From an uncultured Candidatus Saccharibacteria bacterium (GTDB lineage Bacteria > Patescibacteriota > Saccharimonadia > Saccharimonadales > Saccharimonadaceae), in the NCBI GenBank assembly GCA_964554175.1, contig CAZKNA010000001.1, positions 46 to 64,045 of the forward strand: a stretch of DNA of 64,000 bases. Direction: 5' to 3'. The translations under genes and the position numbers were made by a program. How positions within the stretch are numbered: position 1 is the stretch's first letter; each line of letters opens with the position of its first letter. Below are positions 28,413-38,333 of the stretch, one piece after another. The notes beneath the pieces were generated by a model. That model was given only the letters and a program-made list of their open reading frames with translations. It ran no database searches and was not told the origin of the DNA.

Positions 28413-29038
28413 ACATCCACCTCGTCTTCTATGACGCCAGTCTTGCCGTCGCTTTCAACGGAAACTTTGATATTATAATGCCCACCGGTCAGGAGGCTAG
28501 TCGCGATGTCAAAAGAGCAGGAGCTAGTGGCGGCGGAAGGGACAATTTCGTCTGTCAGGCCGAAAGTATCATTTACAGCAGGAGCAGTAAGCTCCAAGGA
28601 ACAGGTGCCGGTTTCAAGGTATTGGTCTATAGAAACTCTAATTGTCAAAGTATCGTCAACGACATCGGCATAATTAATCACGCCGGTTAAACCGCCTTGG
28701 GAATCTTTAGCCCCCTCGTCCAGATTTTGAGGGGTCTTGCCATTGATATTTTCATCCTCTGGCTCAGATTCTTTTTCCTCTTTTTTCTCGGTTTTTTCTT
28801 CAGACTTTTCTTCGGTCTTTTTCTCGGGTTCTTTTTCTTCGGTTTTTTTGGTGGTAACGGCCGTATTATCGGTATTAGAACTATTGTCTTTTGGTTCAGT
28901 TTTCTTTCTGTTTAACATAATCGCAGCAAACACGCCGGCGGCGACCACTACAATTCCAATCAGAAAAATGGCCGGACGAAGGTTTCGGCGACGGGGGGTC
29001 GCATTTTCCATTTCAGGTTTTTCGGCGCTTTTATCCAT
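28409..29038 (-). CDS. Membrane-anchored protein with K/E-rich stalk and beta-sandwich C-terminus
   Basis: TM, KTEEKE repeats, Cys pair; ATGA overlap with next gene. Confidence 0.75.
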   Translation of the reverse strand: MDKSAEKPEMENATPRRRNLRPAIFLIGIVVVAAGVFAAIMLNRKKTEPKDNSSNTDNTAVTTKKTEEKEPEKKTEEKSEEKTEKKEEKESEPEDENINGKTPQNLDEGAKDSQGGLTGVINYADVVDDTLTIRVSIDQYLETGTCSLELTAPAVNDTFGLTDEIVPSAATSSCSFDIATSLLTGGHYNIKVSVESDGKTGVIEDEVDV

Positions 29039-29061
29039 ACTATAATAATAGCACAAAATTG

Positions 29062-30111
29062 TTATTTGTACAAACCGAGGTGTTTTTTGCCGTCGTAAAT
29101 CATAGTTGGGATACCTTTAGGTTTGATTTCCTCCTCAACCATCTTGCGGACTTTTTCAATCTGAGTTTTGACTTCGTTTGATTTGGTTTTTTCTACGACG
29201 GTTTTAATATCCGCATCAGAGAGGCCCCACTCTTTCAGCCAAGACTTGATAGTGTTTTCGGCGGTTTGTTCATCATAATCGCTATTAAAGAGTGGCTGCC
29301 AGTTTCTACCGTCTTTGTCTTTGCCAGTATAGAGGCGATCTATTAGCTTGAGGCTTAGGTCGTCATAAGGAGCTGGATTTGTGACTGAGAGCTGGAGCAA
29401 GGCATAATAGTAATTAGTAAGTAGCTCTGAGTTTTTGAACTTTGGAGAACCATCCGAGTTCTTGATAACATATAACATAATATATACGGCGTGCTTTTTG
29501 ATGAACTCTTCATCTTTGAGCTGGTTGCGATAAGACGATAGACAGACTGAGCAGCCTGGATCCATAACATCTAGCGCAGTTTCCATATTATCTGTATCAA
29601 TCTCATTGATGGTTTCAATCGGGTCAACAAAGTAATCTTCAGCATTCCAGTTTTTGAGACGATCTGGAATGGCGGCAAAGATTTCGCCCCATTCGGAGAA
29701 CCAGTTTAGATTTTCTTCGTCAATAGAACAAGACTCAGCGCCAAGCGCACAAGAGGCTGGATGCGCAACGTTACAAGTGCCGAGCGTCCAAAGAGCAAGG
29801 CCGGCTTTGATGCCCTCAACCAAAGACCAGGCGGTAACGATGACAATTAAGATACTGGCAACTTCGATGGTTATGCTTAAAGGCTTTACCGCTCTTGGTT
29901 TCTTTAGCACAACCTTTTTAAGGAGCGCGGTCTTTACGTCGTCTTGGAAGCTGGTGTCGCACTTTCGGAAAGTTAGATGGCGCGTAAAACAGTGCCAAGA
30001 TTTTTTTAGAACTTTTAAGTATTTTTTGCCGAGGTCACGTTTAAAGATGCTAATAAAGGCGACAAAGACCCCAACGACAATTAATATAATAAATGCGGCA
30101 ATACAGACCAT
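29062..30111 (-). CDS. Membrane protein with Cys-rich loop and DsbA/thioredoxin-like domain
   Basis: 2 TM; GTC...SC...SC; DPGCSVC; C-terminal KGIPTMIYDG. Confidence 0.65.
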   Translation of the reverse strand: MVCIAAFIILIVVGVFVAFISIFKRDLGKKYLKVLKKSWHCFTRHLTFRKCDTSFQDDVKTALLKKVVLKKPRAVKPLSITIEVASILIVIVTAWSLVEGIKAGLALWTLGTCNVAHPASCALGAESCSIDEENLNWFSEWGEIFAAIPDRLKNWNAEDYFVDPIETINEIDTDNMETALDVMDPGCSVCLSSYRNQLKDEEFIKKHAVYIMLYVIKNSDGSPKFKNSELLTNYYYALLQLSVTNPAPYDDLSLKLIDRLYTGKDKDGRNWQPLFNSDYDEQTAENTIKSWLKEWGLSDADIKTVVEKTKSNEVKTQIEKVRKMVEEEIKPKGIPTMIYDGKKHLGLYK

Positions 30112-31286
30112 TATAAGTTCTCCAGAGCTTTTTTAACTTTTTCGATGTCGGATGGGCGAGTGTGATAACCGAGCGAGAAGCGGAGAAGTGGTGGGTAGTG
30201 TTTGACGTGGTCAAGGTAATAATGGACACAGAAGTAGCCGGTGCGGGCCATAATTCCTTGATCTGCTAGGGCAGAGCCGAGGAAGTGGGAGTCGAAACCG
30301 GTTTCATTGCGGTCGACATAAAGTGACATAGTTGGATTTGGCTCTTTGTTAATAAGATGAAGTTTCTGCTTTTCTTCTAGGAAGTTAAATAATTCATTAT
30401 AATTCTCTTCAAGATTTTTGTGGTCGGCCTTGCTTAAGTTTTCTAGCCAATCAATCGCGGCGCCGAGGGCAATAATCTCGCCCCAAGCCTGGAGGCCAGA
30501 CTCAAACTTGGTATAGGCATGTTCTGGGCTGGCGGAAGATAAATCATAGTTTTCTTTGGTTACATCATCAACCATACCACCACCAATGAAGCTGGTTTTA
30601 ATATATGGTAATAAATCACGGCGAACGACGATACCGCCAAGGGACGGGGCATACATCTTGTGAGCCGAGAAGCAAATCGCGTCGGCAAAAGTTTTTTCAA
30701 GCACGTCTTTAGAGTGGGCCATAGCCTGGGCAGCGTCAATAATGAGGAAGCCACCTTCTTTATGAATCTTCTTTTCTAAATCTTTGATATTTTTAAGACG
30801 GCGACCATCAATATTAGATGCGGCATTCACAACGACAAGAGCATTGGAAAAATCGGTAGCATCTAGAGGAATGGAGCCATCATCATTTCTAGTGATAACT
30901 TCGCGTGGGAGGCCAGTGCGCGCCGAGAAAGCCATAGTGGAAAGGAACGGCGAATTATGCTCTATATCAGAAGTAACAACCTTTTTCACGCCAGATTTTT
31001 CAACATCAAACTGAGAGAGAATAAGGTTTAAGCCATAGGTGGTATTTAAGGTAAAGGAGACAAAGTAATCTTTTTTCTTTAGTTTAAGATATTTTAAAAC
31101 CTTTTCACGAGTAGCATTTACCTTCATATCGGTAGTAATTCCCCACGGATATTTGACACGCTCACCACAAGAGTTGAACTCGCGATAGTATTCTTCCAAA
31201 GCTTTGATGACTGGCTCTGGGCGAAGGCTCTGGCAGGCCGAATCTAGGTAAACATCATTTTCTTTTAGGTAACTGAAGTCATTCAT
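30111..31286 (-). CDS. Cysteine desulfurase-like PLP enzyme (aminotransferase class V, SufS type)
   Basis: YLDSAC, EHNS, IDAAQ, FSAHKM, RTGYFC. Confidence 0.85.
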   Translation of the reverse strand: MNDFSYLKENDVYLDSACQSLRPEPVIKALEEYYREFNSCGERVKYPWGITTDMKVNATREKVLKYLKLKKKDYFVSFTLNTTYGLNLILSQFDVEKSGVKKVVTSDIEHNSPFLSTMAFSARTGLPREVITRNDDGSIPLDATDFSNALVVVNAASNIDGRRLKNIKDLEKKIHKEGGFLIIDAAQAMAHSKDVLEKTFADAICFSAHKMYAPSLGGIVVRRDLLPYIKTSFIGGGMVDDVTKENYDLSSASPEHAYTKFESGLQAWGEIIALGAAIDWLENLSKADHKNLEENYNELFNFLEEKQKLHLINKEPNPTMSLYVDRNETGFDSHFLGSALADQGIMARTGYFCVHYYLDHVKHYPPLLRFSLGYHTRPSDIEKVKKALENL

Positions 31287-32239
31287 AGGTTCCTCGATTT
31301 CTTTTTATCAACTACGAAAAGTGGACGGTTTAAAGCCTCGGCATGGATACTGGAAATATAGAGGGCGGTGACGGCCTGGGAGATAAGGACAAGGCCGACG
31401 AGGAAAGTAATCAAAATCGCCATCTGGAGGGTGCCTGGCCAGTAGAAGTGAAGTGGGTCGCCAAGAACATATTGGTTAATTAGACAGAAGAGGCCTAGCG
31501 CGCCGGAAATAATCGTAATGAAGATACCAATGTAGCCAAAGATAACCAGCGGAGTGGAGGACATAGAAACAAAGCTGTCAATAGCGAGGCGGAAGAGCTT
31601 TTTGAAATTATAGGAAGGCTTGCCAGCGAGACGAACACCGTAGGTGTATTTGACATATTTCTGATTGTAACCAAGCCAGTCTATAAGGCCGCGAGTGATA
31701 CGATTGTGTTCTGTGAACTGGTTGAACTCATCAATTACCGGGCGAGAAAGCAGACGAAAATCGGTGCTGCCCGGAACAGTGTATTTATTCCCCATCCGGC
31801 GAAGTAGCCAATAAAAGAGCTTGCTGCCAGTCTTGGCAATAAAACCGTGCTTGGTGTAATGGTCACGGACGCCGGTGACGATATCAGCACCGTTTTCCCA
31901 CTCTTTGATAAGCTTTGGGATTAACTTTGGTGGCTGCTGACCGTCTGCGTCGATGGTGATGGCGGCATCGCCCTTGGCATAGCGAAGGCCGGCGGAAAGG
32001 GCAATTTCCTTGCCAAAGTTCCTGGAGAAAGAAATGACGCGGAAGTTTTTGGCACGAGAGGCATATTCGTGTAGCAAATCTAGAGTGCCGTCGGTGGAGC
32101 CATCGTCAACAAAGATAATTTCAAAATCATAATCCTCAATTTTCTCAAGAGCGGTTAAGAGCTGGTCTTCTAGAAAACTGGAAAGGCCGGCAACTTCGTT
32201 GTGGACAGGTACCACAATACTAATCAATTTCCTGCTCAT
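31283..32239 (-). CDS. Polyprenol-phosphate glycosyltransferase (GtrB-like GT2)
   Basis: FSRNFGKEIALSAG, IDADGQQPP, DFRL, two C-terminal TMs. Confidence 0.9.
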   Translation of the reverse strand: MSRKLISIVVPVHNEVAGLSSFLEDQLLTALEKIEDYDFEIIFVDDGSTDGTLDLLHEYASRAKNFRVISFSRNFGKEIALSAGLRYAKGDAAITIDADGQQPPKLIPKLIKEWENGADIVTGVRDHYTKHGFIAKTGSKLFYWLLRRMGNKYTVPGSTDFRLLSRPVIDEFNQFTEHNRITRGLIDWLGYNQKYVKYTYGVRLAGKPSYNFKKLFRLAIDSFVSMSSTPLVIFGYIGIFITIISGALGLFCLINQYVLGDPLHFYWPGTLQMAILITFLVGLVLISQAVTALYISSIHAEALNRPLFVVDKKKSRNL

Positions 32240-32573
32240 TTTCCTCCTCATCTAAATCAATGCCTAAAATCAGCGCGGCTTTTCTTAAAGTTTCCTTTTC
32301 GGCAGGGGAGCTAGAGGCAAGACGCAAATTAAAGAGAGCGGTGGTTTCTGGATAAGACGTATCAACAACTTCAAGCGAACGGGCGGCACCAGGAGCTTTC
32401 CTGAGGGCGCCAAGACGGACAAGGTTATCAACATGCTCCGCTACAGCAGAAACCGACGAAAGCCCGAGGCCGGCCATAATATCACGGTAAGAGGGCGAGT
32501 AGCCCTTGTCCTCGATGAATTCTCTAATGAAATCATAGACCGCGGTCTGTTTTTTAGTCAGTTTCACGCTCAT
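32220..32573 (-). CDS. LexA-like DNA-binding protein lacking the peptidase domain
   Basis: LTKKQ..VYDFI....KGYSPSYRDI..GLGLSS....EHVDNL; only 117 aa. Confidence 0.8.
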   Translation of the reverse strand: MSVKLTKKQTAVYDFIREFIEDKGYSPSYRDIMAGLGLSSVSAVAEHVDNLVRLGALRKAPGAARSLEVVDTSYPETTALFNLRLASSSPAEKETLRKAALILGIDLDEEENEQEID

Positions 32574-32637
32574 ATATATTATTATACCAAATTTTTGGAG
32601 GTTTGTGGTATAATAGACTAAGTATAAGTGGAATTTT

Positions 32638-34335
32638 ATGGCAAATAGAACTATTGATGGTATGAGAAAAAAACCTACTGCCCCGACGAGCGTCGGGGTT
32701 GAAGGTGTGCGCGAATTAAGAAAGCGGGTAGCAAGTGGCTCGGTTCAGGTTCGGCGTGTGGCACCAGCGGTAGCTCCGCAGAGAGTAGCCCGTCCGGTAA
32801 AGAAAACTCCCGTAGTTGCTCGTCCAAAAGTAGTGCCAGAAACTGAGGAAGAAGACGCTCTGCTGGCAGCGGCATTTGAAGATAGACCAAAGAGAGGAGG
32901 AAAATTGAGAAAAAAGACGCAGACTAGAGACGATTTCCTAAAGCCCGTGAGTGGGTTTGATATGGATCTTTCGGAAGACGAGATTAAAAAAGACCAACCA
33001 AAGAAGAAAAAGATCTTAAAACGGGTTTTGGTTGGGTTACTTATCTTTATCGTGCTTGGTGGGGTGGTAGCCTATTTCTGGGGCGATACCATTATTAGAA
33101 AATTGACTGGCGGGCGCAGCGGCCTGGGCGATTTGATTGGTACAGTTACGAGTGAAAACTACGTCGATCTCAAGAAAGATGCGAATGGGCGGACAAATAT
33201 CCTAGCTTTCGGAACTTCTGGCTGGACAATGGAAGACGAGGAACACGATGGCGCAGAGCTGACCGATTCAATTATGATAATCTCGATTGATGAAAAGGCG
33301 GGTGACCTCGCGATGGTCAACCTGCCGCGCGATTTATACCTTGGCAATACTTGTACTTCAACCGGCAAGATTAACGAACTTTATTGGTGTAATAATATTG
33401 ACGGGACAGATGAAGACGGGGGTGCTAAAGCCTTGGCAGAGGAAGTTGAAAAGGTTTTGAATATCGATCTTCAGTATTATATTCATCTTAACTGGGGAGC
33501 ATTAGTCCAAATTGTGGATATTCTGGATGGTATTACCGTGACAGTAGACGAAGACATTAATGATGTTGGTTGGACTGAAATCGTGATGGAAGCAGGTGTG
33601 CCGACAACCTTGGATGGTGAACAGGCGCTTGGTCTAGCACGAGCACGCCACGGTACGGCTTCTGGCGACTTTACCCGGGCGGCCAGCCAACAAAAGATTC
33701 TTATCGCTTTAAAGGATAGATTCCTTGAGAAAAATCTTAGTATTACCGACATTATCGGCATTATGAATACCTTGGGTGATAATGTAAGAATGAGCTTCTC
33801 AACAGACGAAATCAAGAGTCTTTATCACATAGGTACGACGATGGACTTTTCGGCGATGCGTTCTATTTCCCTGCTAGACCAGGGCGATGGCACAAGTTTA
33901 GTTTCTACTACCAACTTTGACCCAAGTGGGTTGGGCTATGAAGTTTCGTTTGTAGTGCCGGCAGCTGGACGATATAATTATAGTGATATTCAGGACTATA
34001 TCGAAAAGCAACTTTCGAGCGACCCAATCGCTCGTGAAAATCCAAGCATCTTAGTACTTAATGGTACCGGCGAAAGTGGGGTAGCTTCGGCCAAGCAGGG
34101 TGAACTAGAGAAAGATGGCTTTGATAGAGTCGCGGTTGGTGATGCGCCAGAAGGATACTGGGAAGGGTTAAAGATTTACGATGTGACCGAGCGCGCGACT
34201 GGTAGCCTGGCCAAGATTACTGCTAAATATGGTGTGGAAGCTTCTACGAAAGTTCCGGCCGAAGTTGATTCAACTGGCTATGACATCATCATTATCGTAG
34301 GCGTAGATAAGCCAACTGAAGAGGCAGCAGAATAA
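32638..34335 (+). CDS. LCP (LytR-CpsA-Psr) glycopolymer ligase with LytR C-terminal domain
   Basis: TDSIMII, LPRDL, KINE, ARARH..GDFTRAASQQ, VLNGTG. Confidence 0.9.
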   Translation: MANRTIDGMRKKPTAPTSVGVEGVRELRKRVASGSVQVRRVAPAVAPQRVARPVKKTPVVARPKVVPETEEEDALLAAAFEDRPKRGGKLRKKTQTRDDFLKPVSGFDMDLSEDEIKKDQPKKKKILKRVLVGLLIFIVLGGVVAYFWGDTIIRKLTGGRSGLGDLIGTVTSENYVDLKKDANGRTNILAFGTSGWTMEDEEHDGAELTDSIMIISIDEKAGDLAMVNLPRDLYLGNTCTSTGKINELYWCNNIDGTDEDGGAKALAEEVEKVLNIDLQYYIHLNWGALVQIVDILDGITVTVDEDINDVGWTEIVMEAGVPTTLDGEQALGLARARHGTASGDFTRAASQQKILIALKDRFLEKNLSITDIIGIMNTLGDNVRMSFSTDEIKSLYHIGTTMDFSAMRSISLLDQGDGTSLVSTTNFDPSGLGYEVSFVVPAAGRYNYSDIQDYIEKQLSSDPIARENPSILVLNGTGESGVASAKQGELEKDGFDRVAVGDAPEGYWEGLKIYDVTERATGSLAKITAKYGVEASTKVPAEVDSTGYDIIIIVGVDKPTEEAAE

Positions 34336-34704
34336 TTATTCTGCTGCTGGGTCGATTATTTTGATGCGATAAGAAGAAGTGTCACCAAGAGATTTGAGTT
34401 TTTCCATGGCGAAAGGCTGGTAGTATTCAGTGGCAGTAATAATAATAGTTGGGGTGCCGTCTGATTCAAATTGATAGCCAATAGTATAGACGGCATTTTT
34501 AATTGGTAGATTCTTCAGGATAGGATATTTCTCGCGTTCCTTTTCCCCCTCTAGGTTTGCCTCTTGACTGGCCTCGCCCTCTTGATTTTTTTCATCATCT
34601 TTGCGGTTGCTTAGGAAACTCAGGAACAGAAAAATCGCTAGCGAGCCTAAGACTACAATGCTAGCGACTATAATGAGTGGGCTAAATGACTTCTTCTCTT
34701 TCAT
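34336..34704 (-). CDS. Hypothetical membrane-anchored protein
   Basis: Single N-terminal TM; ATGA overlap with jag. Confidence 0.7.
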   Translation of the reverse strand: MKEKKSFSPLIIVASIVVLGSLAIFLFLSFLSNRKDDEKNQEGEASQEANLEGEKEREKYPILKNLPIKNAVYTIGYQFESDGTPTIIITATEYYQPFAMEKLKSLGDTSSYRIKIIDPAAE

Positions 34705-35162
34705 TCGGCTATTTTCGAAATGATAAGATGGCGCTCGCGACCTTCTCCCTCGGAATGAGTTTCAATATCGGAATAATCCTGGGCGACTTTGTGGACGACG
34801 CGGCGGTCTGCCGGGCTGAGTTCTAGAGTCATTGGCTCGCCGGTCTTTCTGACTTTGGCAATCCAACCCTCGGCCTTTTCGGCGATGCGGTCGGCACGGG
34901 CACGCTTGTAGTCGGCAACATCCACGTTGACACGGGTGATTTCAGCGTCGCGGGAAACGAGAGCCTGGGAAACGATATACTGAAGAGACCTGAGGTTATC
35001 AGCATTACGGCCGATTAGCAGCGAGTTTAAAGAAGTTGAAGGAACTTCTAGCTGGATGACCTCGTCATCACAAGTACTGTCTACGGCGACATTGATGCCA
35101 AAGAAGGATAAAAGGTCCTCCAAGAACTTGGTCGCATAGCGAATAGATTCATCTTTATTCAT
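34701..35162 (-). CDS. jag: Jag/EloR RNA-binding protein (KH + R3H, short form)
   Basis: LLIGRNADNLRSLQ, DRRVVH, HSEGEGRER; position after yidC. Confidence 0.88.
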   Translation of the reverse strand: MNKDESIRYATKFLEDLLSFFGINVAVDSTCDDEVIQLEVPSTSLNSLLIGRNADNLRSLQYIVSQALVSRDAEITRVNVDVADYKRARADRIAEKAEGWIAKVRKTGEPMTLELSPADRRVVHKVAQDYSDIETHSEGEGRERHLIISKIAE

Positions 35163-35164
35163 AA

Positions 35165-36202
35165 TTATCTCCTTTTCTTTTTACTATCCTTTGCGGAGAT
35201 ACGAGTGATTTTGGTGCCGGTTTTTTTGTTTTCTATGACCTCAGCTTCTTTGATATTTCTTAATTCTTTTAAGACCGCCTTGTCGGCAGAAGCTTCCATT
35301 TCGTCTTCAGATTTGTTGAGCACGATTCTCTGCTGGATGACAGTGATAATATTAGTCAAGAGATAATAGAACGAGAGCGAACCCGGGAGGTTGAACATGA
35401 TGAGGAACATCATCATTGGCATCATAAAGCCCATTTGGCGGGACATCATTGCGTTCATATCCTCTTGATCTGGCTCTTTACCCTCTTTAGCCTCGCGCAT
35501 AATTTGCTTGAAGGTCTTTTTGTCCTTCTTATCTCTGCCGGTTGGGAGCTGCTGGCGAGAAACCCAGTATTGCATCACGGCGGCGCCGATAGCGAAGAAG
35601 AGAATGGTTATTTCAGAAATAGTGACGCCGCCTTGGAAGACGCCGGAGGCGGTAGCGTTCAAATCGACTAGACCGAAGAGCTTTGGAGCGAAGTCATAAG
35701 TGGCATCGGTGTTGCCGTCGGCACGCTCTTTTAGGAAGGTATCCTGCTTTTCAGATAATTCCTTGATGCGGTCTAGATTCTGGACTGGGGCGTAGGCACA
35801 ATGAGACATATTGGTATAGCCACACATATCGCCAGAGGCCGGGCGAGGATTGGCCACAACAGAGATGGCGGTGTAGAGGGCGATGAAAATTGGGAGCTGG
35901 ATGAGGAGAGTGAGGACAGAGCGGAATGGCTTGATATTGTTGCGCTTGTAAAGATCCATCATTTGGAGAGACTCCATCTGGCGGTTGCCCTTACAGCGCT
36001 TTTTAATCTCAGTTAATTCTGGTTGAATCTTGCGCATTAATCTGGTCTGGTGGAGCTGCTTTTTGACGAGTGGCCACATACAAATCTTGACGATGACAGT
36101 AAAGATAATGATAGCAAGACCAAAATCACCGACAAAGTTATAAATAACGAACAGGATGTTCACCAAAGGGCGGACAATTAGAAAATCAATTAGCTCAAAC
36201 AT
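35165..36202 (-). CDS. yidC: Membrane protein insertase YidC
   Basis: FGLAIIIFTVIVK, QPEL, LIQLPIFIALY; synteny with rnpA/jag. Confidence 0.92.
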   Translation of the reverse strand: MFELIDFLIVRPLVNILFVIYNFVGDFGLAIIIFTVIVKICMWPLVKKQLHQTRLMRKIQPELTEIKKRCKGNRQMESLQMMDLYKRNNIKPFRSVLTLLIQLPIFIALYTAISVVANPRPASGDMCGYTNMSHCAYAPVQNLDRIKELSEKQDTFLKERADGNTDATYDFAPKLFGLVDLNATASGVFQGGVTISEITILFFAIGAAVMQYWVSRQQLPTGRDKKDKKTFKQIMREAKEGKEPDQEDMNAMMSRQMGFMMPMMMFLIMFNLPGSLSFYYLLTNIITVIQQRIVLNKSEDEMEASADKAVLKELRNIKEAEVIENKKTGTKITRISAKDSKKKRR

Positions 36203-36209
36203 AGGTTTA

Positions 36210-36554
36210 TTATACCATACTTTCTTTCAGAAGACCAGAGATTAGGGCGCTCAGCTCTGAAAACGGCATCGTCTTGATATTCTTGGCATAAATGACGAAA
36301 ATGTTGTCTTTCTTGGCATCAAAATTTTCTTCCTTTTTGACGGTGCGAATCGCCTCGTAAACGCGGCGACGAATCCGATTTCTTTCTACGGCAGACTTGG
36401 CGACTTTTTTAGAAACCACCACCGCAAAACGCTGACGGCCACGAGCGTTGACCGCGTGGACGAGCGTGATGTTGGGCTTTCGGATACTCTTACCGTGCTG
36501 GTAAGTATAGCGTACCCCGCCCCGAGAATGAAAACGGTATTTTTTGTTTAACAT
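36210..36554 (-). CDS. rnpA: Ribonuclease P protein component
   Basis: VSKKVAKSAVERNRIRRR. Confidence 0.93.
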   Translation of the reverse strand: MLNKKYRFHSRGGVRYTYQHGKSIRKPNITLVHAVNARGRQRFAVVVSKKVAKSAVERNRIRRRVYEAIRTVKKEENFDAKKDNIFVIYAKNIKTMPFSELSALISGLLKESMV

Positions 36555-36575
36555 ATTGTATATTATACCATAAAA

Positions 36576-38333
36576 TTACTTCTGAAGGGAGCGGTAGACG
36601 GGAGAGGATTTTAGGAGGTCTTTGTGTTTGCCTTCGGCAACGACACGGCCGGAGTCAATTACGATGAGGTGGTCCGAAAGCTCCATTAGTTCTGGTTTGT
36701 GGGTGATCATAATGACGGTGTGGGTTTTCTTGAGCTCTTTCAAGACGCTGACAATTTTGGCGGTACTGGTGGGGTCGAGAGAGGAAGTAACCTCGTCAAA
36801 GAGCAAGACCTCGGAGCGCGAAAGCAGAGTGCGAGCAAGAGAGAGCAGTTGCTTTTGGCCGGCAGAGAGGTTTTCCCCGTCCGCGACCAGCGGTGTGTCA
36901 TAGCCTTTTTCAAGTTTCATAATATCTGCGTGGATGCCGGCGAGCTTACAGGCTTTTTCTTGACGCTTTTTGTCGGTATCAACAAGATTCAAATTCTCGC
37001 GAATGGTCATATCAAAGACGAAGGGCTTTTGCGTGACAATACTGACATTTGAAGCATAAATTTTCTTGGTATAATCATAAATATCGGTATCATCTAGAAG
37101 GATTTCACCCTGATTTGCCTTGTAGAGGCGGAGGAGGAGGCGGAAAATGGTGGATTTGCCGGAGCCAGATTTGCCAACAATGGTCGTGATTTCGCCAGGG
37201 GCCGCGCGGAAGGAGATATGTTTTAGACTTGGGGCTTTTTTGAGAGAAATCTTAAGTGGCGAACCATCGGGAGCGTTTTTGGGTGGCTCTTCATATTTGA
37301 AGGAAACGTCTTTGAATTCGACAACACCAGTGATATCGTCAGTATTATTTTTGCCAAATTCTAGCATGTGTGGAGTCTTGTAATTTAGAAGTTTTCTGAT
37401 GCGTTCGATCCCGACAGAGCAGCGAGAAATTTGGTCAATACACTCGGTAATTGTGTCAAAACGAGTAATGGCGCTCTCATAGTACCCTAGGACAAGGACG
37501 AGGAAGGCAACGTTGTATTCCCCACTAAGAATTAAGTTGGCAGAGAATATATATAATACAATGCGGCCGAGATTGAGCAAGATTGGAATCAGTCCCGCAG
37601 CAATGTCGCGGTGGAGTCGTTGTTTTCTGTGGTATTTGTTCCAGAGCTCTTTTTCACGCTCATAAGACTCGCGTAGCTTTTCTTTGAGATTTAGAGTCTG
37701 AACTTCTTTATAGCCATCTATCATTTGCGAATAGAGCCCCGTTATTTCATCAACATGCTCGCGTTGAATAGATAAATAATAGTCCCGTTTTTTAGTATGG
37801 AAAATAAACAGACCAAAAGATATAATAACAATCACGCCTGAAACTGTGCCAATGCGTAAATCTGCGAAGCAAAGGATTATAATATTAAACATAATACCCA
37901 CAATATAGCTAATAGCGTCTAGTAAGAAATCTGGGACTTGACGGGTTTTATCAACGTCGCTAAAAGCAGTTGCGAGCAACTCGGACTTAGAGATGTCGGC
38001 GAAGAAACTCGGGTCGAACTCGGTCACTTTCTCTAGGATTTGATTTTGGAGGCTATTGTGGATATAGTTTGCGTTCTTATAGTAAGCCCAGTAATTATAA
38101 TGACAGCAAAGCAAGTAAAAGGCGGCGGAAGCAATAAAGAAAGCCAGGCTCCAAAAAGCACCGGTGTAATCAGTCTCAGAAAGATGGTTGACTATCTCTG
38201 AAACAGCAAGCGGGACTAGTAGGAACGTGGTGACACAGAGTAAAGCCGAGAAGGATAGGTGGACGAGATATTTTCTGCTGACACATTTTAATTCAAAGAA
38301 ATGTTTTAGAATTTGGAAGTAATAACTACGCAT
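36576..38333 (-). CDS. ABC exporter, fused permease/ATPase (heterodimer subunit)
   Basis: TM domain; GKSGSGKS, LSAGQKQ, LLFDE. Confidence 0.9.
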   Translation of the reverse strand: MRSYYFQILKHFFELKCVSRKYLVHLSFSALLCVTTFLLVPLAVSEIVNHLSETDYTGAFWSLAFFIASAAFYLLCCHYNYWAYYKNANYIHNSLQNQILEKVTEFDPSFFADISKSELLATAFSDVDKTRQVPDFLLDAISYIVGIMFNIIILCFADLRIGTVSGVIVIISFGLFIFHTKKRDYYLSIQREHVDEITGLYSQMIDGYKEVQTLNLKEKLRESYEREKELWNKYHRKQRLHRDIAAGLIPILLNLGRIVLYIFSANLILSGEYNVAFLVLVLGYYESAITRFDTITECIDQISRCSVGIERIRKLLNYKTPHMLEFGKNNTDDITGVVEFKDVSFKYEEPPKNAPDGSPLKISLKKAPSLKHISFRAAPGEITTIVGKSGSGKSTIFRLLLRLYKANQGEILLDDTDIYDYTKKIYASNVSIVTQKPFVFDMTIRENLNLVDTDKKRQEKACKLAGIHADIMKLEKGYDTPLVADGENLSAGQKQLLSLARTLLSRSEVLLFDEVTSSLDPTSTAKIVSVLKELKKTHTVIMITHKPELMELSDHLIVIDSGRVVAEGKHKDLLKSSPVYRSLQK

